In this document: in pieces, positions 63,085 to 64,000 of the stretch
Position numbering within the stretch: position 1 is the first letter of the stretch
Layout of the letters: each line of letters begins with the position of its first letter
DNA from: a virus
Taxonomy: Duplodnaviria; Caudoviricetes
Virus record (IMG/VR): IMGVR_UViG_3300044711_000026
Span: 4,999-68,998 of that record
Direction: 5' to 3' (one strand)
Length of the DNA stretch: 64,000 bases
Made by a program: the position numbers and the translations under genes
Notes under the pieces: generated by a model
Database searches by the model: none
What the model was told of the DNA's origin: nothing
The model's input: only the letters and a program-made list of their open reading frames with translations

Positions 63085-63608
63085 CGCCCGCCGATCAAGC
63101 CATCAACGCCGCCATATCGCTTGAAGCGAAGAAAGACGGCCTAGTCCAGAAGCAGTCAGGCGACTGGAAGATGTCCTTCACCGTTCAGGCAATCGACATG
63201 AGCGATCGTTTGACGAAAGCCCCCATGGGAACGCGGTTTGCCATGGTGCTGGTGGAGATCGGCGACGATGAATTACCGGCTCCGACAGCGACGACTTCCC
63301 CCGTTGTCGAGGCGCCGACCGAGCCGGTCAACCAGCCCCGGCCGGCTCGGGCCAGGCGTGATTGGCGGGATGTGCCGCCGGCAGAACAAGCATTCCTTCG
63401 GTGTCAGGATGTCGCCTTCGTTTCCTTCCTGAAAGAGGAATGGTCGCTCGAATGGCGGCAGGCTGGGAATATTGATCCAGCCGCAGATTGCGTGCGCCAG
63501 ATTTGCGGCGTGGAGTCACGCAGCGAGCTTGCGACCAATCATCGATCAAGGATGCTGTGGAAGCAGTTGGACGACCAATTCCAGGCGTGGATGAGGGTTG
63601 GCGCATGA
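63081..63608 (+). CDS. hypothetical protein
   Basis: MGTRFAMVLVEIGDDE; AA..VR.ICGV.SR.EL..N. Confidence 0.65.
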   Translation: MTPADQAINAAISLEAKKDGLVQKQSGDWKMSFTVQAIDMSDRLTKAPMGTRFAMVLVEIGDDELPAPTATTSPVVEAPTEPVNQPRPARARRDWRDVPPAEQAFLRCQDVAFVSFLKEEWSLEWRQAGNIDPAADCVRQICGVESRSELATNHRSRMLWKQLDDQFQAWMRVGA

Positions 63609-63988
63609 GCCTGCGAGGAGAACGCCGCACCGAGTTCCCCCAGTCAGTCCGCAAGGCCGCATTCGCCCGCGCCTGCAAGCCTGACGGCGTGCCCAAATGC
63701 GAAGCCCCAGGTTGTGGCAAGGTGATCCGCGCCGGCCATCTGATATTCGAACACGTCCAGCCTGACGGCCTCGGTGGAGAGCCGACGATCGACAACTGCA
63801 AATGCTACTGCGACGTCTGCGCGGACAAGAAGACGGTTGAGGAAGACAATCCGCGCATGGCCAAGGCCGATCGTGTGCTGAAGCGCTCCTACGACCTGAT
63901 GCCGGCGAAGCAGAAGATTCCGTCACGAGGTTTCGCCAGGCGCCAGCGCACCCATGCGGGACGGCCGCCGGCACTGCGCTTCGATTAA
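63605..63988 (+). CDS. HNH endonuclease
   Basis: CEAPGC, EHVQPDGLGGEPTIDNCKCYCDVC..KKT..D.PRMAKADR. Confidence 0.75.
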   Translation: MSLRGERRTEFPQSVRKAAFARACKPDGVPKCEAPGCGKVIRAGHLIFEHVQPDGLGGEPTIDNCKCYCDVCADKKTVEEDNPRMAKADRVLKRSYDLMPAKQKIPSRGFARRQRTHAGRPPALRFD

Positions 63989-64000
63989 AAGGGACACAGA

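Noticed and set aside
1-64000. Integrase, att sites or direct terminal repeats
   Set aside because: No tyrosine or serine recombinase motifs and no end repeat visible; circular permutation is inferred only from gene orientation

Overview
The whole window is a tailed-phage genome with P22/T7-like podovirus morphogenesis genes, GC-rich. GapR/DUF2312 and an ECF-type sigma4 domain point to an alphaproteobacterial host. It may be a near-complete, circularly permuted genome: a rightward early unit (59.7-64 kb, apparently continuing as 0-2.7 kb) carries Gp157, Bet, a DEDDh exonuclease, HNH, a C5 methyltransferase and a Lar-like gene. It faces a ~57 kb leftward unit running cro-like, RusA, DnaA-C, TerS, GapR, TerL, portal, GroES, scaffold, a ~10 kb sugar-biosynthesis operon, capsid, neck/tail, GNAT, ejection/polyvalent proteins and a membrane/lysis cluster. 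No integrase, cI, replicase or canonical endolysin is visible. Standout observations: (1) a heptose/branched-sugar pathway (GT2, nucleotidyltransferase-kinase, GmhA, TPP alpha/beta pair, radical SAM, methyltransferase, GT, tail-fibre-like protein, SGNH esterase) embedded in the late operon between scaffold and capsid, a candidate virion-glycosylation system; (2) about 20 copies of a [RKFY]-[AKHS]-x-G-G-x-[VI] peptide shared by six head-associated/ejected proteins, bracketing polyvalent enzyme domains, a candidate packaging or processing signal; (3) two homing endonucleases each flanked by an abruptly AT3-recoded end of an essential gene; (4) an ATC start codon for the head-tail adaptor; (5) a tRNA-like element, promoter and structured leader before the capsid genes. 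All product calls are from motif recognition only; no database searches were run.
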